NCBI GenBank assembly: GCA_902799465.1
Contig: CADCAS010000001.1
Coordinates: 80,055 to 144,054 of the forward strand
DNA from: an uncultured Eubacteriales bacterium
GTDB taxonomy: Bacteria > Bacillota > Clostridia > Christensenellales > Aristaeellaceae
Reading direction: 5' to 3'
Length of the DNA: 64,000 nt
Shown here piece after piece: positions 1 to 8,552 of the stretch (positions within the stretch are counted from its first letter, which is position 1; each line of letters begins with the position of its first letter). The position numbers were made by a program, and so were the translations under genes. Under the pieces are notes generated by a model. The model made no database searches and had not been told where the DNA came from. It worked only from the letters and a program-made list of their open reading frames with translations.

Positions 1-227
1 TCGCCGACGTGGCCCGCGCCTCCCGCGCCATCAAGGCGGCGTTTCACCCCGCCAAGGTCAACTACGGCGCGTTCAACGACAAGGGCCATCACCTGCACTT
101 CCATCTGGTGCCCAAGTATGAGAACGAGTTTGAGTTCGGCGGCGTGTTCGCCATGAACCCCGGCCGCGTGACCCTGACCGACGCCGAATACGACGCCATG
201 ATCGAGAAGATCAAGGCCGCCCTGTAA
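1..227 (+). CDS. HIT-family hydrolase, C-terminal fragment (5' end off-window)
   Basis: ORF open to the left edge; histidine-triad motif HLHFHLVP in the translation. Confidence 0.8.
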   Translation, partial: ADVARASRAIKAAFHPAKVNYGAFNDKGHHLHFHLVPKYENEFEFGGVFAMNPGRVTLTDAEYDAMIEKIKAAL

Positions 228-239
228 GGAGGAAATACC

Positions 240-542
240 ATGAACAATCGTTCCAAGGGCCTCGCCATTGCAAGCTACATCACCTGGATCGGCTGGCTGA
301 TCGCGTTCTTCAAGCGTGACAGGAGCGACACGCTGGTGCGCCGCCATATGAACCAGGCGCTGATTCTGAACCTGATCGCCACCGTCGCCAGCGTGATCGG
401 CCGGTTCGGCGGCATCTTCCGCACCGTCTACTTTGTGGTCGACCTCGCCGTACTGGTGCTGATCATTATGGGCATCCTCCGCGCCTCCAAGGGCAGCGAA
501 GAGCCCCTCCCCGTCATCGGCGGATATACCCTTATCGACTGA
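240..542 (+). CDS. small integral membrane protein (DUF4870-like)
   Basis: 100-aa ORF with a GGAGG RBS upstream; two or three hydrophobic helices (ITWIGWLIAFF, VVDLAVLVLIIMGIL). Confidence 0.7.
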   Translation: MNNRSKGLAIASYITWIGWLIAFFKRDRSDTLVRRHMNQALILNLIATVASVIGRFGGIFRTVYFVVDLAVLVLIIMGILRASKGSEEPLPVIGGYTLID

Positions 543-554
543 CGGAAAAGCATA

Positions 555-1574
555 ATGAAGCTATCAGATTTTATGTACGACCTGCCGGAGGAGCGCATCG
601 CGCAGACGCCGGTGGAGCCCCGGGACCACAGCCGGCTGATGGTGCTGCACCGGGACACCCACGAGATCGAGCACAGGCATTTCTATGATGTGATCGACTA
701 TCTGAACCCCGGCGACTGCATGGTGATCAACGAGACGAAGGTCATCCCGGCGAGGCTCTACGGGGAGCGGCCCACAGGCGGCGCGTGCGAGGTGCTGCTG
801 CTCAAGCAGGTGGGGCCGAAAAAATGGGAAACCCTGGTACGTCCGGGCAAGAAGCTCAGGCCCGGCGCGGAGGTGATCTTCGGCGACGGGCGGCTTCGGT
901 GCCGGGTGCTGGAGACCACCGACGCGGGCGGGCGCATCGTGGAATTCGAGTGCGAGGGCACCTTCGAGGCGGCGCTGGACGCGCTGGGCGAGATGCCGCT
1001 GCCCCCCTACATCCACGAAAAATTGCAGGACAGAAACCGCTATCAGACCGTCTATGCCAGACAGGACGGCAGCGCCGCCGCGCCCACGGCAGGTTTGCAC
1101 TTCACGCCGGAGCTGCTGGAGCGCATTCGCCAAAAGGGCATCGACATCGTGCCGGTGCTGCTGCACGTGGGGCTGGGCACCTTTCGCCCGGTGAAGGTGG
1201 AGAACATCGAGGACCACGAGATGCACACCGAGTATTTCGAGGTCACCGAGGACGCCGCCCGCCGCATCAACGCCGCCCGTGAGCGCGGCGGCCGCGTGAT
1301 TGCTGTGGGCACCACCAGCGTGCGCACCCTGGAATCCGCCGCGGAAAATGGCAGGGTCCGCGCCATGCGGGGCGACACCAACATCTTCATCAAGCCCGGC
1401 TATCAATACCAGATGGTGGACGCCCTCATCACCAACTTCCACCTCCCCGGCTCCACCCTGGTGATGCTGGTCTCTGCCCTCTACGACCGCGAGCGCATAC
1501 TGGACGCCTACCGCGTGGCCGTCAAGGAGCAATACCGCTTCTTCTCCTTCGGAGACGCCATGCTGATCCTCTGA
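555..1574 (+). CDS. queA: S-adenosylmethionine:tRNA ribosyltransferase-isomerase
   Basis: 339 aa; typical QueA N-terminus [30 protein letters not shown] and C-terminal [12 protein letters not shown]. Confidence 0.95.
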   Translation: MKLSDFMYDLPEERIAQTPVEPRDHSRLMVLHRDTHEIEHRHFYDVIDYLNPGDCMVINETKVIPARLYGERPTGGACEVLLLKQVGPKKWETLVRPGKKLRPGAEVIFGDGRLRCRVLETTDAGGRIVEFECEGTFEAALDALGEMPLPPYIHEKLQDRNRYQTVYARQDGSAAAPTAGLHFTPELLERIRQKGIDIVPVLLHVGLGTFRPVKVENIEDHEMHTEYFEVTEDAARRINAARERGGRVIAVGTTSVRTLESAAENGRVRAMRGDTNIFIKPGYQYQMVDALITNFHLPGSTLVMLVSALYDRERILDAYRVAVKEQYRFFSFGDAMLIL

Positions 1575-1577
1575 ACC

Positions 1578-1607
1578 CCGCCCGGACGAAAGTCCGGGCG
1601 GCTTTTT
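1578..1607 (+). terminator. rho-independent terminator after queA
   Basis: CCGCCCGGAC-GAAA-GTCCGGGCGG stem-loop followed by TTTTT. Confidence 0.75.
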
Positions 1608-1649
1608 CATAACCGGTCAGTCCTATTGAAACGTCGGACTTGTATAATC

Positions 1650-1979
1650 GAGAATGGAAAATGGAGAATGGAGAATTCAGGTGGAAATCCTTGCGGATTT
1701 CTTTTACTAAACGTAACTGTTCAGTCGGTCAGGGATGACTCCCTCAGTCAGCCTGCGGCTGACAGCTCCCTCGGAGAGGGAGCCTGGACGGAATCTCAAC
1801 AGCCTCCCTCTTTGAGGGAGGTGGCCCGCGAAGCGGGTCGGAAGGAGTCCGCGACTGAACAGTTACGATTAAACACTGTAAGCTGTGTTGTTGTGCTTGA
1901 TCACAGTCTTTTCATTCAAAGAAATCCGCAAGGATTTCCACATTCATTCTCCATTTTCCATTTTCAATTTTCAATTCTG
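1650..1979. repeat. heptamer-armed structured intergenic element A (core type 1, forward)
   Basis: Left arm is four tandem heptamers (GAGAATG GAAAATG GAGAATG GAGAATT). The right arm at 1941-1979 is their imperfect reverse complement. Core 1717-1862 is closed by CTGTTCAGTCG/CGACTGAACAG and holds several GC hairpins. Confidence 0.75.
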
Positions 1980-2084
1980 TATCCCGCCCCTCCCTTTCGC
2001 ACAATTTGTTCTTGTTAAATCCAATCATCTATGCTATAATAATTAACACAAGGCATACCATAAAATCAACAAGGGGGCTTTGCT

Positions 2085-3554
2085 ATGGCGGAAAACAGGA
2101 ATGGGTTGACGCGGGTTGCGTTTATCGGATCGGAGTGCTATCCCTTCATCAAGACGGGTGGCCTGGGCGACGTGATGTACGCCCTGCCGAGGGCGCTGAT
2201 CAAACAGGGGTGCGAGGTGCGGGTCATCATGCCCTACTACCGCTGCATCCCCGAGAAATACAAGGAGATGACGACCTACAAGGGCAACTTCATGATGGAC
2301 CTGTGCATGGACGGACGGCAGTTCTACGTGGGCATCATGGAGGCGGAGAAGGACGGCGTGATCTACGACTTCATCGACAACCGCGAATTCTTCGACTGGG
2401 GCAATCCCTACACGGGCCTGTGGGAGGACATCCCGAAGTACTGCTTCTTCTCCAAGGCCGCCCTGGCCATCCTCAATTACATGGAGTGGATCCCCGACGT
2501 GGTGCACTGCCACGACTGGCAGGCGGGTCTGGTGCCGGTGTACATGCGCACGCTGTTCGCGGGCACGCCCATCGGCGAGGCACGCAGCGTGCTGACCATC
2601 CACAACCTGCGCTTCCAGGGCATCTGCGGCATCCCCCACATGAAATACTGGACGGGCTTGCCGGACTACCTGTTCGACTATCCCGTCTTCAAGCAGAACG
2701 ACGACGACGCCAACATGTTCAAGGCCGGCCTGGCCTTCGCGGACCGCATCACCACCGTCAGCGAGACCTACGCCGAGGAGATCCAGACCATGTTCTACGG
2801 CGAGGGCCTGAACGATCACCTGTGGTATCACCGGACCAAGCTCAGCGGCATCGTCAACGGCATCGACGTGGAGCAGTGGGACGCCGCCGCGGACAAGCTG
2901 CTCACCGAGACCTACACCGCCGACGACGTCATCGAGAAAAAGAAGCTCAACAAGCGCGCCCTCCAGGAGAAGTTGGGGCTGGACGTGGACGACAACAAGT
3001 TCGTCATCGGCCTGATCTCCCGCCTGACCGACCAGAAGGGTCTGGACCTGGTGAACGCCGTATTCGAGCGCATGCTCAACGAGGAGACCCAGGTGGTCAT
3101 CCTCGGCACCGGCGATCCGCGCTACGAGGGCTCCTTCCGCTACTATGAGAGCGTCCACAAGGGCAGCGTCTGCGCCTACATCCAGTACAATGAGGCCCTG
3201 GCCCACCAGATCTACGCCAGCTCCGACGCGCTGCTGGTGCCCAGCCTGTTCGAGCCCTGCGGCCTGACCCAGCTCATCGCCATGCGCTACGGCACCGTGC
3301 CGATCGTCCGCGAGACCGGCGGCCTCAAGGACACCGTCGAGCCCTACAATGTCGAAACCGACGAGGGCAACGGCTTCACCTTCGACCGCTACGAGGCTGA
3401 CCTCCTCCTGGACGCCGTCGAGCGCGCCCGTGACCTCTTCTTCGACGAGCGCGGCAGCTGGAACGCCATGGTCATGCGCGACATGGAAAAGGACGTTTCC
3501 TGGGAGAATTCCGCCGGGAAGTATCTCAAGCTGTATGAGGAATTGAAGGGATAG
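2085..3554 (+). CDS. glgA: glycogen synthase (ADP-glucose type)
   Basis: 489 aa; GlgA hallmark N-terminus ECYPFIKTGGLGDV and C-terminal EPCGLTQL. Confidence 0.95.
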   Translation: MAENRNGLTRVAFIGSECYPFIKTGGLGDVMYALPRALIKQGCEVRVIMPYYRCIPEKYKEMTTYKGNFMMDLCMDGRQFYVGIMEAEKDGVIYDFIDNREFFDWGNPYTGLWEDIPKYCFFSKAALAILNYMEWIPDVVHCHDWQAGLVPVYMRTLFAGTPIGEARSVLTIHNLRFQGICGIPHMKYWTGLPDYLFDYPVFKQNDDDANMFKAGLAFADRITTVSETYAEEIQTMFYGEGLNDHLWYHRTKLSGIVNGIDVEQWDAAADKLLTETYTADDVIEKKKLNKRALQEKLGLDVDDNKFVIGLISRLTDQKGLDLVNAVFERMLNEETQVVILGTGDPRYEGSFRYYESVHKGSVCAYIQYNEALAHQIYASSDALLVPSLFEPCGLTQLIAMRYGTVPIVRETGGLKDTVEPYNVETDEGNGFTFDRYEADLLLDAVERARDLFFDERGSWNAMVMRDMEKDVSWENSAGKYLKLYEELKG

Positions 3555-3583
3555 GCGAATGTCGGGCAAAGCCCGACATTCGC
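3555..3583 (+). terminator. 12-bp-stem hairpin directly after glgA (no clear T-run)
   Basis: GCGAATGTCGGG-CAAA-GCCCGACATTCGC. Confidence 0.35.
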
Positions 3584-3988
3584 AGGCAACAGGCATCAGG
3601 CAACAGGCAACAGGCATTAGCCGGGGTTGCGGCAAAGCGTTTCACTGTTGATGCGAGGTCTGCATGCTTGTCGGACTGAGGGATGACCTCCGCTCGTAAA
3701 AAAGCTATCCTCGGGAAGTCAATCACGACCTCCCGAGGATAGCTTTATCTCTATAGAATGCATATATCTGTTCAGTCGTGGACTCCTTCCGACCCGCTTC
3801 GCGGCCCACCTCCCTCAAAGAGGGAGGCTTTTGGGCTTCCGTTCATGCTTCCGTTCAGGCTCCCTCTCCGAGGGAGCTGGCAGCCGCAGGCTGACTGAGG
3901 GAGTCAACCCTATGCGACTGAACAGTTGCGAACGCACCACGATTTGCCGTAACCCCGACTAATGCCTCATGTCTGATGCCTATTGCCT
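3584..3988. repeat. heptamer-armed structured intergenic element B (core type 1, inverted)
   Basis: Left arm AGGCAAC AGGCATC AGGCAAC AGGCAAC AGGCATT (3584-3618). Right arm AATGCCT CATGTCT GATGCCT ATTGCCT (3961-3988) is its complement. Core 3768-3925 is the reverse complement of 1717-1862, with a few substitutions and a short insertion. Confidence 0.75.
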
Positions 3989-4004
3989 CACAGAGGCGTC
4001 CCTG

Positions 4005-5822
4005 TCACGGGGACGCTTCTGTGCCGCTCTCCTGCGCCAGCTTTTCCACCAGCCGCTTGATGCGCTCGCGGGCTTCGGTCTGGTGCATGAACTGCTCCTC
4101 CCGGCTCTGCGGGGTGTCGCCCATGATGGCGACGAACTGGCTGACCTTGAGGCCCAGTGCGTCCTGCATGTCCCGGTCGGAGCCGTTCGGGGACACCAGG
4201 TAGTAGCACAGCAGCGAATCCTGCTGGCCTATGCGGTGCGCGCGGTCCTCGGCCTGGGAGTGAACGGCGGGCGACCAGTCCAGCTCGCCGAACACCACGC
4301 AGGTGGCCCGCTGGAGGTTCAGTCCGCTGGCGGAGCGCAGGGACACGCACAGCAGGTCCGTCTTGCCCGCCATGAAGGCCGCCGCGGCCTCGTCCTTCTG
4401 CTTATCGGTCTCACGTCCGGTGATGAATCTGGGCTTGCAGGCCTTGAGCTCCTTTTTGTAGATGTCCATCACCGCGTGGTGGTGGGCCATCAGCAGCACC
4501 TTCTCCCCGCCCTCCACCAGCGCCTTGACGAAGGCGCACACGAATGGCGCCTTGGCCACGCCGGTGGCCTGGCGCTGCTGCTGGGAGATGGCGTCCTCGA
4601 TGATGGCGCGGCGTGCGGGGTCGTCGGTGGCTTTAAGCAGCTTGAGGTTCTCGGCCACGGGCTTCATCAGCTCCCGGTACACCGCGTCGTCCCAGTCGAT
4701 CTCCTGCACCAGGCGGCGCTTGGCGGGCAGCTCCTTTAGCACGTCGGCTTTCAGCCGCCGCAGCATCAGCCCCTCGGCCCGCAGATGCTCCCCCAGCAGC
4801 TCGGGCTTGGCCACCACGGCGGTGTTGTAGCCGTAGCACCACTCCCGCGAGAAGCTCTCCCAATCGCCCAGGAAGTGGAAGTCGATGATGTTGACCACGT
4901 TCCAGATCTCGCCGCCCTGGTTGTAGATGGGCGTTCCCGACAGCCCGATGCAGTTCTCGCAGGCCTCCGACAGCAGAGACGCCGCGGAATACTTGCCCGT
5001 GCCGTTGTGGCGAAGCTCCTGCATCTCGTCGAAGATCACGGTCCTGAAGCCCAGCTCGGGCAGCACGTCCTTCCAGCCCCGCAGCAGCAGATAGTGGATG
5101 ATGTAGATGTCCGCCTCGGGCAGGGCATACGGCTTGAGGCCCCGGATGACGTGGACCCTCAGCCGCCCGTCGGGCGACAGGAAGCGCTCGACCTCCCGCT
5201 GCCAGTTGCGGATCAGATGGGGCGGCACCACCAGTATGGCGGGATAGGCCGCCGTGGTGGCCAGGAATGCCAGCGCCTGCACCGTCTTGCCCAGGCCCAT
5301 CTCGTCCGCCAGCAGGCAGCGCCGGGTGGACAGCATGAAGCCCAGTCCCTGCTTCTGGAAGGGCAGCAGTTCGCCGGTGAAGGTCTCCGCGGGCGGCGTG
5401 GCGGTCTCGGGCAGCTTCAGCGCCCGCTCCCGGCGCACGGCGTACTCCCGAGCCTCCTCCAGGGCGTTTTGCCACCGACTTTGGTCGGTTTCCTTTACCT
5501 CCAGCGGGTAGCGCAGCATCAGCCAGTTCAGCTCGCCGATGATGCGCCGGTGCGCCGTAAACCGCGCGACACCGCGCCCACGCCCGTCGCAGCCGGGAAA
5601 CAGCCGCTTCGCCAGCTCGGTCACGCAGGGCTCGCCCCTGATGGTCCAGCACTTGGACCGGCGGTTGTAGGACAGGGTGCCGTAGGTGCGCCCCCCTGCC
5701 GGCACATCCCGAAGATAGGCGGGAATGTCGCTCGGTTCGCAGGCGTCGCCGAAGTCGTCCATCACGATGGCGCCCTCCCCGGTGTACTCGTACTCCTCGC
5801 TCACGGCAGCGCCACCCCCCAC
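4005..5822 (-). CDS. SNF2-family DEAD/DEAH helicase
   Basis: Motifs LADEMGLGKT (Walker A/motif I), DEMQ (motif II) and helicase-C QAEDRAHRIGQ. A GTG at 5804 would give a GTGA stop/start overlap with the upstream gene and may be the real start. Confidence 0.9.
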   Translation of the reverse strand: MGGGAAVSEEYEYTGEGAIVMDDFGDACEPSDIPAYLRDVPAGGRTYGTLSYNRRSKCWTIRGEPCVTELAKRLFPGCDGRGRGVARFTAHRRIIGELNWLMLRYPLEVKETDQSRWQNALEEAREYAVRRERALKLPETATPPAETFTGELLPFQKQGLGFMLSTRRCLLADEMGLGKTVQALAFLATTAAYPAILVVPPHLIRNWQREVERFLSPDGRLRVHVIRGLKPYALPEADIYIIHYLLLRGWKDVLPELGFRTVIFDEMQELRHNGTGKYSAASLLSEACENCIGLSGTPIYNQGGEIWNVVNIIDFHFLGDWESFSREWCYGYNTAVVAKPELLGEHLRAEGLMLRRLKADVLKELPAKRRLVQEIDWDDAVYRELMKPVAENLKLLKATDDPARRAIIEDAISQQQRQATGVAKAPFVCAFVKALVEGGEKVLLMAHHHAVMDIYKKELKACKPRFITGRETDKQKDEAAAAFMAGKTDLLCVSLRSASGLNLQRATCVVFGELDWSPAVHSQAEDRAHRIGQQDSLLCYYLVSPNGSDRDMQDALGLKVSQFVAIMGDTPQSREEQFMHQTEARERIKRLVEKLAQESGTEASP

Positions 5823-6175
5823 AGACGGTTCAGCGATACGATCCGGACGGGCTTGCCCAGGATGCGCCCCGGCAGCGGCAGCGCCCGCTGGACGACCACC
5901 ACCGCCGCGTCCAGATCGTCGGATTCCAGATACCGCCGAAGCTGCTGGGTCAGCGCCGTCGCCGCGGGCCGCCCCTTCTTGACCTCTATGCCCACGCGCC
6001 CCACCCGGAAGTCGATGCGGCAGCGGGGTCCCAGTTTGTATTCATGCTCAAAATCAAGCCCTGCCGCGCCCAGGGCCGAAGCCACCTGGGCGTGGATGTC
6101 GTATTCCCCCGGCTGGGCGGGCATGCGCACGGCGGCCAGGGCATCGAGGATGAGGGCGATATTTGCGTCCGTCAT
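5801..6175 (-). CDS. small PD-(D/E)xK / VRR-NUC-like nuclease-fold protein
   Basis: 124 aa; D..(E)xK-like signature RIDF...GIEVKKG; translationally coupled to the SNF2 gene. Confidence 0.5.
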   Translation of the reverse strand: MTDANIALILDALAAVRMPAQPGEYDIHAQVASALGAAGLDFEHEYKLGPRCRIDFRVGRVGIEVKKGRPAATALTQQLRRYLESDDLDAAVVVVQRALPLPGRILGKPVRIVSLNRLWGVALP

Positions 6176-6633
6176 GGCATCTCCATCTCGTGTTCCATCG
6201 GTATAAACCCGTATTTTGTATACAGCGGACGCCCCTCGTCGGTGGCCTCCAGGGAGATGTGCCGAACGCCCCGCGCACGGGCGTCGGCCACCAGCATATC
6301 CAGAAGCCGCGTGGCGATGCCCCGTCTGCGGTAAGCGGGCCGCACGTACATGTTCATGATGTAGGCCTTCTCCCCCGTGGGATTGTGGCAGGTGGGCATG
6401 ACGCGGAAGTAGCTCACCCCGCCCGCGCCCACAAAGCGGCCATCATCGAAGGCCAGGTAGCCCGTGTGGCTCCCGACGGACAGCGCCCTCATGTAGTAAT
6501 CGCGGGACTGCGCCTTCACCTCGGAGAGGTCGTGATCGGCGTCCAGCCCGTTGGCGGCCCGCAGCACCTCCAGCCGCGTGGCCAGCAGCAGGTCCAGCCT
6601 GGAGAGGTCGGCTTTGATGTATTCGATATTCAA
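6172..6633 (-). CDS. GNAT-family N-acetyltransferase
   Basis: This is the C-terminal part of the long 6172..7527 ORF. GNAT motif A RRRGIATRLL is present. A TTG start at 6633 overlaps the upstream stop (TTGA). Confidence 0.8.
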   Translation of the reverse strand: MNIEYIKADLSRLDLLLATRLEVLRAANGLDADHDLSEVKAQSRDYYMRALSVGSHTGYLAFDDGRFVGAGGVSYFRVMPTCHNPTGEKAYIMNMYVRPAYRRRGIATRLLDMLVADARARGVRHISLEATDEGRPLYTKYGFIPMEHEMEMP

Positions 6634-7517
6634 GGCATGCGCTCCTGTAGGTCCATCAGCCGCTTGAGTTCTGCCGGCAGCGGCGAGGTCCGCTCGACGA
6701 TCTCCCCGGTGATGGGGTGGACGAGCCTGATGTAGGTGGAATGGAGGGCAAAGCGCCCCGGCAGCGCGGGGTCCTCCCGCCCATAGAGGAAGTCCCCGAC
6801 GATGGGATGTCCCAGGTGGGCCAGGTGGACCCGGATCTGGTGGGTGCGCCCCGTCTCCAAGCGCAGCCGCACCAGGGAACGCCCCTCCCCCGCCGCCTCG
6901 ACGCGATAGCGGGTCACCGCCCGGACGCCGTTGACCGCGTCCACCACCCGGCGGACGGTGGCGGCAGCCTCCTTGGCGATGGGCGCGTCGATGACGCCGG
7001 AGCCCTCCATGCGCCCCTCCGCCACCGCCAGGTACTCCCGCACAAACTGCTCGGTGTGCAGCTGCTTTTGCAGAGCCTGAGCGGCATGGGCGTGCCTGGC
7101 CGCGGCCATCAGGCCGCTGGTGCCCTTGTCCAGCCGGTTCAGCGGGCGAAACACCATGCCGGGATAGCGGTACGCCAGCCGGTTCTCCAGCGTCATGCCC
7201 GCCTGCTTTGCCGAGCACTGACACGCCAGCGGCGCGGGCTTGTCGATGATGAGGATATCGTCGTCCTCCCACACCACATTGACGGGGGTGGGATCGGGAA
7301 CTACCGCCGCCGCCGCGTTGTCCTCCAGCCACACCTCGACCCTGTCCCCACACTGCAAGACGTGGTTGGCGTGGACCGCGCAACCGTTGACCCGCACGCC
7401 GTCCCGGACCTTCAGCGCCGCGAACTGGTGATACGAGACCCCCATGCGTCCCCGCACGAAGTACTTCACCAGCCGCCCCGCGTCCTCCTCCGACACCGCC
7501 GCCGTCAGCACCCGCAC
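6630..7517 (-). CDS. RluA-family 23S rRNA pseudouridine synthase (RluD-like, S4 domain at the N-terminus)
   Basis: Catalytic motif LNRLDKGTSGLM and C-terminal RTHQIRVHLAHLGHPIVGD. Confidence 0.92.
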   Translation of the reverse strand: MRVLTAAVSEEDAGRLVKYFVRGRMGVSYHQFAALKVRDGVRVNGCAVHANHVLQCGDRVEVWLEDNAAAAVVPDPTPVNVVWEDDDILIIDKPAPLACQCSAKQAGMTLENRLAYRYPGMVFRPLNRLDKGTSGLMAAARHAHAAQALQKQLHTEQFVREYLAVAEGRMEGSGVIDAPIAKEAAATVRRVVDAVNGVRAVTRYRVEAAGEGRSLVRLRLETGRTHQIRVHLAHLGHPIVGDFLYGREDPALPGRFALHSTYIRLVHPITGEIVERTSPLPAELKRLMDLQERMP

Positions 7518-7654
7518 CAGCCCTCACCGCCCTTTCACACCATTATAGCATGCGCGGGTTAAAATGCAAGGCGAAAGGCGTCAATTGAACCGTGCTGATA
7601 GACGACGGTTGGCTATCATTCAGTCAAAGCGCTATACAGGGATATGACGGAGAT

Positions 7655-7835
7655 AATGAGGAATGAGGAATTAGGAATTAGGAATTGAAATAGCTTGGCT
7701 GCGTATGAGCGGTGATGCGCCGCCCACCAGGCAGCACGTATTGTTTCGATATATGACGGGCGGCCATTGACCGTTCCTACAACGCGCGGCAGTTGCTATT
7801 AATTCCTAATTCCTAATTCCTCATTCCTAATTCTC
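7655..7835. repeat. heptamer-armed structured intergenic element C (core type 2)
   Basis: Left arm AATGAGG x2, AATTAGG x2, AATTGAA (7655-7689). Right arm AATTCCT x3, CATTCCT, AATTCTC (7801-7835). The core begins AATAGCTTGGCTGCGTA..GATGCGCCGCCC. Confidence 0.75.
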
Positions 7836-7979
7836 CCCGTCAAATCCCAATTTGAAGTAACAGGGTGTATGGTAACAGCGCCCCTTCCCTCTTCCGCTAA
7901 ACTTCCATTAAGAAAGTGGACGAACCTCTCGGACTGTGCTATAATAAAGCGATGATACATCTGAAAGGGAGAAAGCGGC

Positions 7980-8531
7980 ATGAACGACTACAACGAGATC
8001 GGCGCGCGCCTGCGCGAATTGCGCGAGGTCAGCGACTACAGCATCGAGGATCTGGCGGCGGAGCTGAAGCTGGACCCCGAGGTATACGCCTCCTATGAAA
8101 AGAACGGCAAGGACGTGCCCATCAGCGTGATCTACGAGATCGCCAACAAGTTCAAGGTGGACTTCACGGAGATCGTCACCGGGCAGAGCGCCAAGCTGGA
8201 GACCTGGCACATGATCCGCAAGGGCGGCGGCAAGATCATCAACCGCAACCCGGAATACCACTTCGAGGACCTGGCCTTCCGCTATGCCAACAAGGTCATG
8301 CAGCCGCTGCTGGTGACCCTGGAGCCCACCGACGCCGTGGCCAAGCTCATCACCCACTCCGGCCAGGAGTTCAACCTGGTGCTGGAGGGCACGGTGATCG
8401 TCACCCTGGGGGACAAGGATTTCGTCCTCAACGAGGGCGATTCCATCTACTTCAACCCCACCATTCCCCACGGCCAGCGCTGCGGCAGCGCGGGGCAGCG
8501 GGCGCGGTTTTTGACGGTCATCGCGGAGTAA
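7980..8531 (+). CDS. XRE-family HTH regulator with C-terminal cupin domain
   Basis: N-terminal HTH (IGARLRELREVSDYSIEDLAAEL) and a C-terminal cupin (GDSIYFNPTIPHG). Confidence 0.88.
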   Translation: MNDYNEIGARLRELREVSDYSIEDLAAELKLDPEVYASYEKNGKDVPISVIYEIANKFKVDFTEIVTGQSAKLETWHMIRKGGGKIINRNPEYHFEDLAFRYANKVMQPLLVTLEPTDAVAKLITHSGQEFNLVLEGTVIVTLGDKDFVLNEGDSIYFNPTIPHGQRCGSAGQRARFLTVIAE

Positions 8532-8552
8532 CGCCAGGAGGGAGTCCTTACC

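Noticed and set aside
564-1610. 348-aa minus-strand ORF opposite queA
   Set aside because: Shadow frame; the queA identification on the plus strand is unambiguous.
6172-7527. 451-aa ORF fusing the GNAT gene to sequence antisense or off-frame to the RluA gene
   Set aside because: Only the last ~153 aa look like a real (GNAT) protein. The N-terminal 300 aa are Gly/Arg/Pro low-complexity and overlap the well-supported 6630..7517 frame.
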